A stretch of DNA of 64,000 bases from Syntrophaceae bacterium (GCA_003141195.1 PLLC01000087.1:2875-66874); one strand, 5' to 3'; counted from the stretch's first letter, positions 1 through 10,108 are shown. Notes: a model not told the origin generated them from the sequence alone. Translations and numbers: made by a program.

Positions 1-1
1 C

Positions 2-1669
2 CTTATGACCGGTCTCCTCAACGGCACAAGCGGCCCCAGCGTCAGCCGCTGGGGCGGCGCCACCAAATCCCCCTACACCGGGCATTATGGAGATGCGAAT
101 GCCGGATCGTGGTTCGGAGCGGAACTTAAAAATGCCGGCTATGACGGCATCATACTCAAAGGCATATCCGCCAAGCCCGTTTATATTGATATCAAGGACG
201 GCAAAGCGGATATTAAAGATGCCGGTCATTTGTGGGGTAAAGACACCGCCAAGACTCAGGAAGAAATTAAAAATGAACATGGGGATAAACGTGTTCAGGT
301 TGCCTGTATTGGTGTTGCTTCCGAGAATCTTGTTCCCTACGGCAATATTATGTCCGAGTATGGCCACTGCCTCGGCCGGGCAGGATTGGGCTGCGTTATG
401 GGCTCAAAGAAGGTTAAGGCGATCGCGGTACGCGGCAAAATGAAGCTGCCCATGGCTGATCCGGAGAAATTCCGCGAAGCTTCACGTAAAGCCATGACCG
501 AGGTTAAAGAAAGTTTCATGACCATACTTTGGCACCAGAGCGGTACAGCCGGATGGGTTGATGGCGCCATTTCCTTCGGGGACAGCCCGGCTAATTATTA
601 TACTGCGCCCTCTTTTCCGGGACAGGCGAAAATAAGCGGTGCTGAACAATTGGAAAAATATCAGACGGACAGCACCGCCTGCTATGGCTGTCCGATACGC
701 TGTCGCAAAGTTCTCCAGATCAAAGAAGGTAAGCATTTATACGATAGGGTCGAAGGACCTGAATATGAAACCTTGATAGCATGGGGCGCATTGATGGGTT
801 TGGATGTCGATATGTCCAGCGCCGTATATTTCAACGAATTGTGCAATGGTTATGGATTCGATACGATCAGCAGCGGTGCCAGCTCCGCCTATGCATTCTA
901 TTTGTATAGTCTCGGGATCATTTCGGAGAAAGATACAGGAGGACTGAAGCTGACCTGGGGCAATATCGATGCTGCCGTAGAGTTGGTTCATCTGATTGCT
1001 AAAAACCAGGGCTTTGGCGCTGTGCTGGCGGGGGGAACTAAGCGAATGGCGCAAAAATACGGCCGCCCGCCTGGAGAAGCCGTCCAATGCAAGGGGCTGG
1101 AATTCCCCATGCACGATCCGAGAGCTTATCATTCCATGGGTCTCGTTTATGCGACCGCTCCGCGTGGAGCGGATCATAATAAAAATGATGCCTATCAGGT
1201 GGACCTCGGAACAGGTCATCCCGACGTTGATATCGAGATCACTGACCGCTGGGATGATAATAAGGCTCCTGGTGTTGTCAAAGGGCAGGATTTCAGAAAC
1301 ATGACCGATTCAATGGGAATCTGTCATTTTGCCGGGATACCCTTCGCTATACTTATCGATATGATTAATGCATCCACAGGCTGGAACACAACCATGGATG
1401 AATTATTGAAAGCCGGAGAACGCACCTTCCAGATGCAGAGGGCGCTGTCCTGCAAGCTTGGAATTACCGCAAAAGATGACGTGTTGCCGGAACTGGCGAT
1501 GAGGCCCATTCCCGAGGGTGGACAGGAAGGTCATGTACCCAATATGGAAAAGATGCTGCCGGAGTATTATGCTCTCAGAGATTGGAACAAGACTACCGGC
1601 AAGCCTTCGAAAAAGCGTTTGGAGGGTCTGGGTATACCGGAAATCGCGGCATCCATTGGGGCGGAATAG
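2..1669 (+). CDS. aor: Aldehyde:ferredoxin oxidoreductase family (tungsten/molybdopterin), 5' end cut by window edge
   Basis: ORF 5..1669 with frame open back to base 2. TKSPYTG and FGAELKNAGYDGIILKG motifs and AOR-type C-terminal domains are recognisable. First residues correspond to roughly residue 65 of Pyrococcus-type AOR (recall, by eye). Confidence 0.85.
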   Translation, partial: LMTGLLNGTSGPSVSRWGGATKSPYTGHYGDANAGSWFGAELKNAGYDGIILKGISAKPVYIDIKDGKADIKDAGHLWGKDTAKTQEEIKNEHGDKRVQVACIGVASENLVPYGNIMSEYGHCLGRAGLGCVMGSKKVKAIAVRGKMKLPMADPEKFREASRKAMTEVKESFMTILWHQSGTAGWVDGAISFGDSPANYYTAPSFPGQAKISGAEQLEKYQTDSTACYGCPIRCRKVLQIKEGKHLYDRVEGPEYETLIAWGALMGLDVDMSSAVYFNELCNGYGFDTISSGASSAYAFYLYSLGIISEKDTGGLKLTWGNIDAAVELVHLIAKNQGFGAVLAGGTKRMAQKYGRPPGEAVQCKGLEFPMHDPRAYHSMGLVYATAPRGADHNKNDAYQVDLGTGHPDVDIEITDRWDDNKAPGVVKGQDFRNMTDSMGICHFAGIPFAILIDMINASTGWNTTMDELLKAGERTFQMQRALSCKLGITAKDDVLPELAMRPIPEGGQEGHVPNMEKMLPEYYALRDWNKTTGKPSKKRLEGLGIPEIAASIGAE

Positions 1670-1733
1670 TTGTAACATCAAGTTCAGTGATCATAGCAAA
1701 GGCTCTCGGAGCCATTAGGAATGGATAACGTAT

Positions 1734-2018
1734 TTGCCTGAAATTAATATAAACTTCATCGGACCATGGAGAGTTTTGCTCGGCGCGCGAACCGTAACCG
1801 TCAATGTGGAAAATATTGGCGAAGCCAGGGATTATGTGGAGAATAATTTCGGTTCTGTGTTCGAGAAAAAGATTAAAGCCATGAAAGTTGGTAAAAAGGA
1901 ATCCATTTGGGATAACAGTAATATCCTGCTCAACGGCACAAATATAAAATTGCTGAATACAATAAACTTTAAAGATGGCGACAAGATCGATCTGCTGCCC
2001 AGAATCGCTGGTGGATAA
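1734..2018 (+). CDS. MoaD/ThiS-family ubiquitin-like sulfur-carrier protein with C-terminal Gly-Gly
   Basis: 94 aa ending ...LLPRIAGG-stop. Size and position beside an E1-like gene fit. TTG start assumed. Confidence 0.6.
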   Translation: MPEININFIGPWRVLLGARTVTVNVENIGEARDYVENNFGSVFEKKIKAMKVGKKESIWDNSNILLNGTNIKLLNTINFKDGDKIDLLPRIAGG

Positions 2019-2036
2019 AATTAAGGAGGGAGGCAA

Positions 2037-2408
2037 ATGAAATTTACATTTTTACTTTTTATTCTCTATCTGAAACTTAAAAAAGTGGCCAAAAAAAATC
2101 CTGAGTTTCAGGAATTCATTAAAAAAGAAAAAACAAGGGTGTTGATTAAAACCGCCGATGGTAAGAGAGGAAGAATGTTTATTTTCGACAACGGGAAATT
2201 TTCGTCAGTGCCAGGGGGTGATCAAAAACAATTTGACGTGGCCATGGTCTGGAAGGATGCTGATACCGCTTTCAAGGTCATGGCGTCGGAAGATCTCAAT
2301 CAATCCATGGAAGCTGCTTATGATGGAAGGCTTGTTTTTGAAGGTGATGCCAATCAAGCGCTCTGGTTTACGGGAGCAACGACATTTTTAACACAAAAAA
2401 AGAAGTAA
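2037..2408 (+). CDS. SCP2 (sterol-carrier-like) domain protein
   Basis: 123 aa. C-terminal GRLVFEGDANQALWF resembles the GKLKIxG...A.K SCP2 signature. AGGAGG-like RBS upstream. Confidence 0.45.
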   Translation: MKFTFLLFILYLKLKKVAKKNPEFQEFIKKEKTRVLIKTADGKRGRMFIFDNGKFSSVPGGDQKQFDVAMVWKDADTAFKVMASEDLNQSMEAAYDGRLVFEGDANQALWFTGATTFLTQKKK

Positions 2409-2523
2409 AATTAGCTGAAGTGGAATTTTCATGAAAGTCTAAAACTGCGAATTACCCGGCCTGTGGACAGGGCAATTCACCTAATAGTGACCTTGTTTTA
2501 TTCTATTAAATCAGTAAGCAAAT

Positions 2524-3387
2524 ATGGCTACAAGTCAATCTATTGATAATTTGATTCGCCGGCTGAGCAAAGTCTGGACGGAGCCCAACAAGAAGAAAAT
2601 GCGGGTTATAGACTTTAAAGTTGTGCGCTTTATTGCATCCAAAAAAAAAATTCCTCTTTTGGAAGTAGAAATATCCTGCCTCGAACAGAACATAGTCCCT
2701 ACGAGATATTTACGTAACATCGGCACGGTCGGTATTGAAGGACAACTAAAATTGCTTCGTTCCACAGTAGTCGTTTGTGGTGCGGGCGGCTTGGGAGGAA
2801 CGATTATCGAATTGCTCGCCAGGCAGGGTGCCGGTCATTTAGTGATCATTGACAATGACAAATTTGCAGAAAACAATCTAAACAGGCAGATAATAGCCAC
2901 GGAAAGTGATCTGAACAAATCTAAAGTTAAAGTTGCCGCGGCCCGAGTTAAGAAAATCAACTCCGCCGTTGTCGTTTCCGCCTTTTATAAAACCATTAAT
3001 TCCAGGAGCATTAAAAAATTAATAATAAATGCAAGCGTGGTGCTTGACGGGTTGGACAATTTGAAAACCCGCCGAATCGCAGCCCGTGCCTGCGATGAAT
3101 TAAAAATTCCTTTTGTTCACGGAGCAATAGCCGGGTTTAGTGGTCAGTTGATGACCATCTTCCCGGGAGATAACGGTCTTGACGCCATTTGCGGTTTATC
3201 CACTGCCGAAGATGAATGCGGTATTGAAACTCATACTGGCAATCCCGCAGCAACTCCGGCTGTAATTGCCGCATGGGAAGTACAGGAAGCAATAAAGATA
3301 ATTACTGGAATTGGGAATCCTATAAGAAACCGTCTTATATTTCTAGATTTTTCCGATGGCATTTGTGATGAAATATCCTTGTCCTAA
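2524..3387 (+). CDS. ThiF/MoeB/HesA-family E1-like adenylyltransferase
   Basis: VVVCGAGGLGGTIIELLARQGAGHLVIIDNDKFAENNLNRQ dinucleotide-binding/adenylation motif; 287 aa. Confidence 0.8.
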   Translation: MATSQSIDNLIRRLSKVWTEPNKKKMRVIDFKVVRFIASKKKIPLLEVEISCLEQNIVPTRYLRNIGTVGIEGQLKLLRSTVVVCGAGGLGGTIIELLARQGAGHLVIIDNDKFAENNLNRQIIATESDLNKSKVKVAAARVKKINSAVVVSAFYKTINSRSIKKLIINASVVLDGLDNLKTRRIAARACDELKIPFVHGAIAGFSGQLMTIFPGDNGLDAICGLSTAEDECGIETHTGNPAATPAVIAAWEVQEAIKIITGIGNPIRNRLIFLDFSDGICDEISLS

Positions 3388-3700
3388 AATAAGTCGCCGC
3401 TCAATCAGGTGGGAAAGCTTTAGTATTGACATCGAAGCGGCCGTGACCCTTGTCTTTGCGGGGGGAAAACTCCGGATCGAGGAGGGGGTCATCGGGAGTC
3501 CGGAGATCGTCATCCGGACGACGTCCGACCGGGTGATGGATCTGAACGCGCTGCGGATTGTCGGCGGGCTCTCCTGGTATTTAGACGAGGCGGGCCGGCG
3601 GGTCCTGGGCCACCTGTTCGCCGGGAGGCTCAAAATTTCAGGAATGTTCGTTCACTTGGCGCTGCTGACGCGGTTGACCAAGATCATGTCCGTCATGTGA
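3356..3700 (+). CDS. SCP2-like domain ORF, probably a chimeric or 3'-fragment ORF
   Basis: C-terminus HLFAGRLKISGMFVHLALLTRLTKIM is SCP2-like. The first ~20 codons lie in AT-rich DNA overlapping the thiF-like stop; the rest lies in a GC-rich patch starting near 3420. Confidence 0.3.
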   Translation: MAFVMKYPCPKISRRSIRWESFSIDIEAAVTLVFAGGKLRIEEGVIGSPEIVIRTTSDRVMDLNALRIVGGLSWYLDEAGRRVLGHLFAGRLKISGMFVHLALLTRLTKIMSVM

Positions 3701-3921
3701 GAGAAGACAAAGATTTACGGTGGTGCGTATGAAGAAATTCATTCGGGCCTGCGGGATAAAAAACCGTGGCGGATTCCACTGCGGTTGTGGTAGAAGGAGC
3801 GGCTTTTTCACAACGGGTTTTCGCAGACCGACCGGTTCCGGCGCCCCGCGAAGTCCTTTTTTATCCGCCCTACCGGCCGTTCAACGAGGCGGATCGATCT
3901 CACAGGCAGGAAACGAGACCC

Positions 3922-4314
3922 ATGGCCAGAAAAGAAGGCGGTATCAGGGATTTTTTCAATTCCGTCCGGCTGACCATCGTTCTGCTGGCGGCAATCGCGC
4001 TCGGGGCGCTCCTCGGAACGATCATCCCCCAGCAGGAGGCGGCGGAGGCCGTTTCCTCGCGGTTGCATCCTGTCCTTCTGTCCGTTTTTCAAGCCTTCCA
4101 GCTCTTCGACGTCTATCACTCCGCCTGGTTCACCCTGCTGCTCGTTCTCTTGGCCGCCAAACTGATCGCCTGTTCCCTGAACCGCTTTCCCGCGGCCTGG
4201 AACTTTTATGGAGTATGGCGCTCATATGGGGGATTATTACGCTTCTTCATGAGGAAGTATCTCCCTTTGTTTATTGATAATCTCACTTGCCGTTTGAGTA
4301 TGTATGTTGATTGA
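3922..4314 (+). pseudogene. resB: resB/ccs1 5' fragment (about 93 codons) fused to unrelated AT-rich sequence
   Basis: Aligns by eye to 33454..33732 of the intact resB in this window (FDVYHSxWF, IACSLxRFPAAW). Homology ends abruptly at 4200. Confidence 0.8.
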
Positions 4315-4644
4315 AAGCAGGTTTCCGAAATATCAGCGCGGATGACTTGTCTCCAAGTAACTGACAATAAAGACAATTCATTGAATTCTTTTGTGTTTCT
4401 GAGTATATCTGGTTGAAAGCTGCAATTTTCGGAAGAGGATTTTTAGGAAGATAGAGGGTGAGCCTAACTTCTCTACTACACACCCGTGACCAGCCCCCAG
4501 AACATGTACCACATTTAGAGTTAGAGTTCTTCCAAGGGGGGCAGGTCAGCTCCTTACGCAATTACTTAACCGGACATCGCTGTTTTTCACTCATATATTT
4601 ACAATAATCATTTGATCATCATACAGAACTTCACCAACATTTTT

Positions 4645-5919
4645 TTACCACGGGAATATGGGTTCTCCTTGCTGAAACGCGATATCGCCGGCTTGAGTCA
4701 AAATTTCGATTTGTGGATGGGCCTTCGCCTCTTCCAGCAAAGCTTCGCTGATCACGATTTCTTCCAACACACAAGTATTTTTAATCCATACGACCCGTTG
4801 TTTCCCGGGGGCTACCCCATTGCAGGTCTTTAGGGCAATCCGGAGCGCATCCTCCTTGCTGCCCGCAACCATGGGGATCTTGACCTGTAAAAACTCCGTG
4901 TGGGTGAAGGCATTGGTATAGGTGCTGACAAAATCGATCTTGTCGAACAGATTTCGCGTGATAATGTCCGCTCCTCCCATTCCGTTTGCATTTCCATGGG
5001 TTTCGTTGGTCAAGTCAAAGATCACGCTTTTTTGAAATTGCGGACCGCCGGTGCAGCACTTGGTGATGTGTAAGCCTGTGACATTGGGATCCTGACCATC
5101 CCCACTGATGTCCTTGCCGATTTCCTCGATCACCAGCAGATCGAACTCGGGAAACAGCAGCCGTCCCATGATCCTTTTGCTCTCTTCGAGCAGAGCCTTC
5201 TCTTTCTCCATGGACAGAATCTCTTCGCGGGAAAACGCCTCGATCCTGTAGGTTTGTTCATAAGCATTTTCAACAATCCCCAGGGCAAACAGCACTTTGG
5301 TCTTTTCAACAATCGCCTGCGCCATCCTGGGAATCAGTTCTGCAAAGCGGCCAAAGCCCTGATGATGTATGAAATCAGCCCCAATTTGTTTGCCCATTCC
5401 AATCGTCAGCATCTTCGCTACGCCACTCTCGATTGGGCCTCTGAAGTCGGTATGAGGCTTCACGCGGGCAATCACGACGATGCCGTCCGCCTGCAGCGCG
5501 CTTTTGGCGACGTAAACGGGAATGCCCGGTTCAAGATCCCCAATACTCGCCACTTCCATAGAGGCTTCGATCGGCACACCCATACTTTCCGGCGTAATTC
5601 CATAAGATGCCAAAACTTCCACTTGTCCGGAGGCCGTTGCCCCTCCATGGCTGCCCATGGTCGGAATGATGAAGGGTTTGGCGTCCGCTCTAATCAATTC
5701 ATCGACGAGCGTCTTGGCGATCTCCTTGATATTGGCAATTCCCCGACTTCCGATCCCGATTGCGATCCTTTTCCCTTGGAGATTGGTCAAGTGAGGTGCC
5801 AACTGCGTTCTGACTTCTTTCGCAATATCGCCAATCCGTCCTTTCTCAAAGTGCTGCCTCACCTTTACGAACCTCGGCAGCGCAACAGTGGCAAACCGTG
5901 TTAAATCCAAAGATTCCAT
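4645..5919 (-). CDS. LarA-like (lactate racemase N-terminal domain / DUF2088-type) protein
   Basis: 424 aa. The GIGSRGI...IIPTMGSHGG...KPHTDFRG pattern is recalled from LarA_N-type families. Family assignment not verified. Confidence 0.45.
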   Translation of the reverse strand: MESLDLTRFATVALPRFVKVRQHFEKGRIGDIAKEVRTQLAPHLTNLQGKRIAIGIGSRGIANIKEIAKTLVDELIRADAKPFIIPTMGSHGGATASGQVEVLASYGITPESMGVPIEASMEVASIGDLEPGIPVYVAKSALQADGIVVIARVKPHTDFRGPIESGVAKMLTIGMGKQIGADFIHHQGFGRFAELIPRMAQAIVEKTKVLFALGIVENAYEQTYRIEAFSREEILSMEKEKALLEESKRIMGRLLFPEFDLLVIEEIGKDISGDGQDPNVTGLHITKCCTGGPQFQKSVIFDLTNETHGNANGMGGADIITRNLFDKIDFVSTYTNAFTHTEFLQVKIPMVAGSKEDALRIALKTCNGVAPGKQRVVWIKNTCVLEEIVISEALLEEAKAHPQIEILTQAGDIAFQQGEPIFPW

Positions 5920-5959
5920 CTTCCTTTCACCCTCGTTCCTATGGCGTCACATCGGGAGT

Positions 5960-7456
5960 CTATATCGTAATGCCCTGTTTGAAAATTCCAATCTCATAAT
6001 ACTTGTTCACTTCATTGCGGGCATGGTACTCTCCGTTGACCGTCCGTAAGATCTTCTCATACAGAGAGACTGCGGTTTCCTTGATGTCGCTCCCCTCGAG
6101 CAGAACGCCGGCGTTGAAGTCTATCCAATGCTTCTTCTGCTCATAGAGTGCCGTATTGGAAGAAATCCGGAAGGTTGGAGCGGCAAATCCACCGGGCGTA
6201 CCGCGTCCCGTGGTAAATACGATAAGATTACACCCTGCGGCGATCTGCGACGTGACCCCGATGAAATCGTTACCCGCGCTGCTCAGCAATACCAACCCGG
6301 GCTTGCGATACCGTTCGCCGGAAAGCAACACGTCGGTCACGACGGCTGTGCCGCCTTTTTGTATGCATCCCAACGATTTTTCTTCCAGCGTCGTCAGACC
6401 TCCCGCTTGGTTGCCCTGAGTCAAGTTGCCGATTGCCGATTCACCATGGCTTTCAAAATAGGCCTTGTAGTCGTTGATCATCCCTACGATTGCGTTGTAG
6501 ATCTTTTCATCTTGGGCACGGTTCATCAGAAACTGTTCCGCACCGAACATCTCAGGAACCTCTGTCATGATCACACTGCCGCTCTGGCGGATGATCATAC
6601 TGCTCATCTCACCCACCAGAGGATTCGCAGTAATCCCTGACAAGCCGTCAGACCCTCCGCAGTTGACCCCTACAACCAGCTTTGAAAACGGAACCGGCGT
6701 GCGGCGGAATGCGTTCACATATTCGTAGATCTCACTGCAGCGCTTAAGCCCCTCTTCAATCTCGTCTCCCACCTCCTGCATGATGAGGATCTTGACGGCA
6801 TCGGGGTCCACATCCCCGAGAATCGGCTTGAAAACCGAAGGAGCATTGACTTCACAACCAAGGCTCAGGAAAAGAGTCCCGCCGGCATTTGGATTGCGTG
6901 CCAGACCGGCCAGGATCTTTTGCATGTTCAGCAGATCATCCCCCGTTTGGCAACAACCATAGGCGTGAGGCAGCACGATGAAGCCATCGAAATGATCTGA
7001 TACGGGGAAAAGCGCGTTGGCCTGGGCCGCGATCTTCTGCGCTGAAGCATTCGCACACTGCACCGTGGGGATGACAAAGATGTAGTTTCTTATCCCTGCC
7101 TGGTTGTCTTTGCGCAAATAGCCTTGGAAAACCTTCTCTTCCTCCTCCCCTATCTTCGCTCCTTCCAGTCTGGGCTCGTACTGGTACGACAATATCCCTT
7201 CCAGTTCGGTGCGGACATTATGCGTGTGTACCCATTGGCCCTGTTGGATATCTTTTGTCGCAACGCCGAAGGGGCAACCGTATTTCAGCACCCTGGTTCC
7301 GGCTGCGATGTTTTCAACAGCCATCTTGTGGCACGGAGGGATGTCGTCAAGAACCAATATCTCCTGTCCGGCAACCTTGACGGTCTGTCCCTTGTGTAAC
7401 CCTATCGGTGCAACAACGACCAGGTCCCTTTCACTGATCCGAATCACGTCCATCAA
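5960..7456 (-). CDS. UxaA/GarD-family (altronate/galactarate-type) dehydratase with SAF N-terminal domain, copy 1
   Basis: 498 aa. Has an N-terminal SAF-like beta-clip (HKMAVENIAAG...VHTHNV) and a C-terminal TTGRGTPGG motif typical of the family. Confidence 0.8.
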   Translation of the reverse strand: MMDVIRISERDLVVVAPIGLHKGQTVKVAGQEILVLDDIPPCHKMAVENIAAGTRVLKYGCPFGVATKDIQQGQWVHTHNVRTELEGILSYQYEPRLEGAKIGEEEEKVFQGYLRKDNQAGIRNYIFVIPTVQCANASAQKIAAQANALFPVSDHFDGFIVLPHAYGCCQTGDDLLNMQKILAGLARNPNAGGTLFLSLGCEVNAPSVFKPILGDVDPDAVKILIMQEVGDEIEEGLKRCSEIYEYVNAFRRTPVPFSKLVVGVNCGGSDGLSGITANPLVGEMSSMIIRQSGSVIMTEVPEMFGAEQFLMNRAQDEKIYNAIVGMINDYKAYFESHGESAIGNLTQGNQAGGLTTLEEKSLGCIQKGGTAVVTDVLLSGERYRKPGLVLLSSAGNDFIGVTSQIAAGCNLIVFTTGRGTPGGFAAPTFRISSNTALYEQKKHWIDFNAGVLLEGSDIKETAVSLYEKILRTVNGEYHARNEVNKYYEIGIFKQGITI

Positions 7457-7515
7457 CGATTCTCCTCTACTTTATGGTCATACAAGCACTCAAGGTCCTG
7501 AGGCGCTCTTGATGC

Positions 7516-8280
7516 TTAAGCGCCTGCTTTCTCATCGCGGCGGCGCTGACGTGCCTCCTTGATGTGGGCATGGGCTCCCAGGTAGTGTTGCTTCATCTCT
7601 TCATTCGCCAGCAGATTAGCCGCCGTATCGGCCAGCATCACCCTGCCCGTCTCCAACACGAAACCGCGGTTCGCGATCAAAAGCGCCATCCGGGCGTTCT
7701 GTTCCACCAGCAGGATGGTCGTCCCCGCCTTGTTGATCTCCTGGATGACCCGGAACACCTCCTGCACCACGACCGGCGCCAGCCCCAGGGAGGGCTCGTC
7801 CAGAAGCAGGATCTTTGAGTTGGCCATCAGCCCACGCCCGATGGCCAGCATCTGAAGCTGGCCGCCGGACAGCTGCCAGCCCAGCCGTCCCTTGAATTCC
7901 TCGAGCTGAGGAAAGATACCGAAGATGCGTTTGAGGTCCTTTTGAATCTCTTCCTTGGACACCCGCTTCCTCGGCGTCGCGCCCAGCATCAGGTTGTCCA
8001 ACACGGTGAGCCCCGGGAAGATGCGCCGCCCCTCAGGGACACAGGCAATTCCGATTTCCGCTATCTCCTCGGCCTCCATCCCCGTGATGTCCTGACCCAA
8101 AAACTCGATCCTCCCCTTCGCCGGCTTCAGCATGCCCGTGACGGTCATGATGGTGGTGCTCTTGCCTGCGCCGTTGGCACCGAGAAGCGCCACAATCTCC
8201 CCCTGCTTTACGTCCAGCGAGATACCCTTTAAGGCCTGAATGGCCCCGTACCAGGTTTCGATTCCTTTAATTTCAAGCAT
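7516..8280 (-). CDS. livF: Branched-chain amino acid-type ABC transporter ATP-binding protein (LivF-like)
   Basis: Walker A GANGAGKST, signature LSGGQLQML, Walker B ILLLDEP. Start moved to MLEIKG (ATG at 8280). Confidence 0.85.
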   Translation of the reverse strand: MLEIKGIETWYGAIQALKGISLDVKQGEIVALLGANGAGKSTTIMTVTGMLKPAKGRIEFLGQDITGMEAEEIAEIGIACVPEGRRIFPGLTVLDNLMLGATPRKRVSKEEIQKDLKRIFGIFPQLEEFKGRLGWQLSGGQLQMLAIGRGLMANSKILLLDEPSLGLAPVVVQEVFRVIQEINKAGTTILLVEQNARMALLIANRGFVLETGRVMLADTAANLLANEEMKQHYLGAHAHIKEARQRRRDEKAGA

Positions 8281-10108
8281 TTCCCACCTCCGTTCCCAGA
8301 TAGGCATCGATCACTTCCTGATTCTTCTCGATCTCCTCGGCGGACCCTTCGGCGATCTTCTTGCCGAAGTTCAGGACCGTGATGTGGTCGGAGACGTTCA
8401 TGACCAGATTCATGTCATGCTCGACGAGCAGGATCGTGACGCCCCGGGTGCAGATCTGAAACAGGAGTCCCACCAGCGCCTCGGTCTCGGCAGCATTCAA
8501 CCCGGCTGCCGGCTCGTCCAGGAGCAGGAGTTGGGGATCGGAGGCCAGGGCTCGCGCCAGTTCGAGCAGTCGCTGCTGGCCATAGGGCAGGCTGTTGGCC
8601 TGGGCAAACTCCTTGCCGTTGAGGCCGACGAATTCCAGCATCTCCAGCGCCTTCGCCCGTATTGCGGCCTCCTCGGCCTTTTGGGAGGGCAGCCGCAAAA
8701 TGCTGGTAAAGAGTCCCGCCCGGGAGTGGCAATGCCGGCCGATGAGCACATTTTCCAGCACCGTGAGCTCCCCGAAAAGGCGGATGTTCTGGAACGTCCT
8801 GGCCATGCCCAGGGACGTGATGATATGCGGCTTTTTCCCGGCAATGGCTGCACCGCCCAGGCTGATCTCCCCGGCCGTGGGAACGTAGAGGCCGCTGAGC
8901 ATGTTGAGGATCGTCGTCTTTCCGGAACCGTTCGGCCCGATGAGCGCCTGAATTTCGCCCCGCCGGACTGCCATGTCCACCCCGTCCACCGCTTTGAGAC
9001 CGCCAAAGTGCTTGGCCAACCCCTTGACGGTGAGCAGCACCTCGCCCGATCCCGAGCAATCCCGAGGGGTGAAGGCTTTTTGGCTTCCACCGGAATTTTC
9101 CCGGGAGGAAGCGGTCGCCGCAACCTGCAGCGTCGCTACTGAATCGGCATTCCACCAGGTCCGCAACCGCAGGCTGATCGGCATGTTGCTAACCAGGCCG
9201 GCGATGCCTCTGGGCATGAAGATCATGATGAGCACGATGCCGGCGGCATAGACCATCATGTAAGAATCCTTGAGGAACCGCAGTACCTCCGGCAACAGCG
9301 TCAGCAGTGTGCCGCCCACGATGGAACCGATGGCCGACCCGTTTCCGCCCAGCACCGTCATCACCAGCAGGATCACCGACTGATCGAAAGAAAAGGTGTC
9401 CGGACTGATGTAGTGCGAACCGCCGTGGGCGAACAGCCAGCCCCCGACGCCGGCGTAGCCCGCCGATAGCGCGAAGGCCATGATCTTGTAGTAGGTCGTG
9501 TCAACCCCCGTGGTTCCGGCCGCCATCTCGTTCTCCCGGATGGCCATGAAGGCGCGGCCCACGCGGGAATTTTTGAGGTGGATTGCGCCCCAGGTCAGAA
9601 GTATCAAAGAAACCGCCGCCACGTAGAAGAAGGTGGCTGGGTCTTTCAACTCAAAGGAACCGATCCAGGGCGAAGGAATCTTCGTGATGCCGTCGGAGCC
9701 GTTGGTGAGCCAGATCTCATTGACCAAAATGAGCTGGACTATAATTCCGAACCCAATGGTTGCCATCGCCAGATAGTGTCCCGACAGCTTCAATGTGGGA
9801 ATGCCCAGCAGCACCCCGCAGAGGGCTGCCACGAAAAACGCGGCGAAGATCCCCGCCCACACGGGCAAACCCAATTGGGTGGTGAGGATGGCCGAGGTGT
9901 AGGCCCCCACGCCCCAAAAGGCCGCCTGGGCCAGCGACAGTTGCCCGGTGTATCCCAGGACAATGTTCAGTCCCAGGCAGGCAATCGAAAAACTGATGGC
10001 AAGGTTGATCAGGTTCAGCCAGTAGCTGCTCGTTATGAACCGGGGAAGGAGCAGAACAACGACGACCAGAACGGCAGGAACGAGAAGGCTTTTTATTCTT
10101 GTATTCAT
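8273..10108 (-). CDS. Fused LivM-like permease / LivG-like ATPase
   Basis: The N-terminal ~330 aa are polytopic membrane. The C-terminal half has GPNGSGKTT, LPYGQQRLLELARAL and LLLLDEPAAG. Start taken at MNTRIKS (10108). Confidence 0.8.
   Translation of the reverse strand: MNTRIKSLLVPAVLVVVVLLLPRFITSSYWLNLINLAISFSIACLGLNIVLGYTGQLSLAQAAFWGVGAYTSAILTTQLGLPVWAGIFAAFFVAALCGVLLGIPTLKLSGHYLAMATIGFGIIVQLILVNEIWLTNGSDGITKIPSPWIGSFELKDPATFFYVAAVSLILLTWGAIHLKNSRVGRAFMAIRENEMAAGTTGVDTTYYKIMAFALSAGYAGVGGWLFAHGGSHYISPDTFSFDQSVILLVMTVLGGNGSAIGSIVGGTLLTLLPEVLRFLKDSYMMVYAAGIVLIMIFMPRGIAGLVSNMPISLRLRTWWNADSVATLQVAATASSRENSGGSQKAFTPRDCSGSGEVLLTVKGLAKHFGGLKAVDGVDMAVRRGEIQALIGPNGSGKTTILNMLSGLYVPTAGEISLGGAAIAGKKPHIITSLGMARTFQNIRLFGELTVLENVLIGRHCHSRAGLFTSILRLPSQKAEEAAIRAKALEMLEFVGLNGKEFAQANSLPYGQQRLLELARALASDPQLLLLDEPAAGLNAAETEALVGLLFQICTRGVTILLVEHDMNLVMNVSDHITVLNFGKKIAEGSAEEIEKNQEVIDAYLGTEVGNA

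Noticed and set aside
2641-2650. A10 homopolymer inside the thiF-like gene as a possible phase-variation tract
   Set aside because: It simply encodes KKK in frame within an AT-rich gene. There is no evidence of slippage or an alternative frame.
3766-3921. N-terminal extension of the resB-fragment ORF (track ORFs 3720..4277 and 3766..4314)
   Set aside because: Similarity to the intact ResB starts only at ATG 3922. The upstream codons are unconstrained GC-rich read-through.
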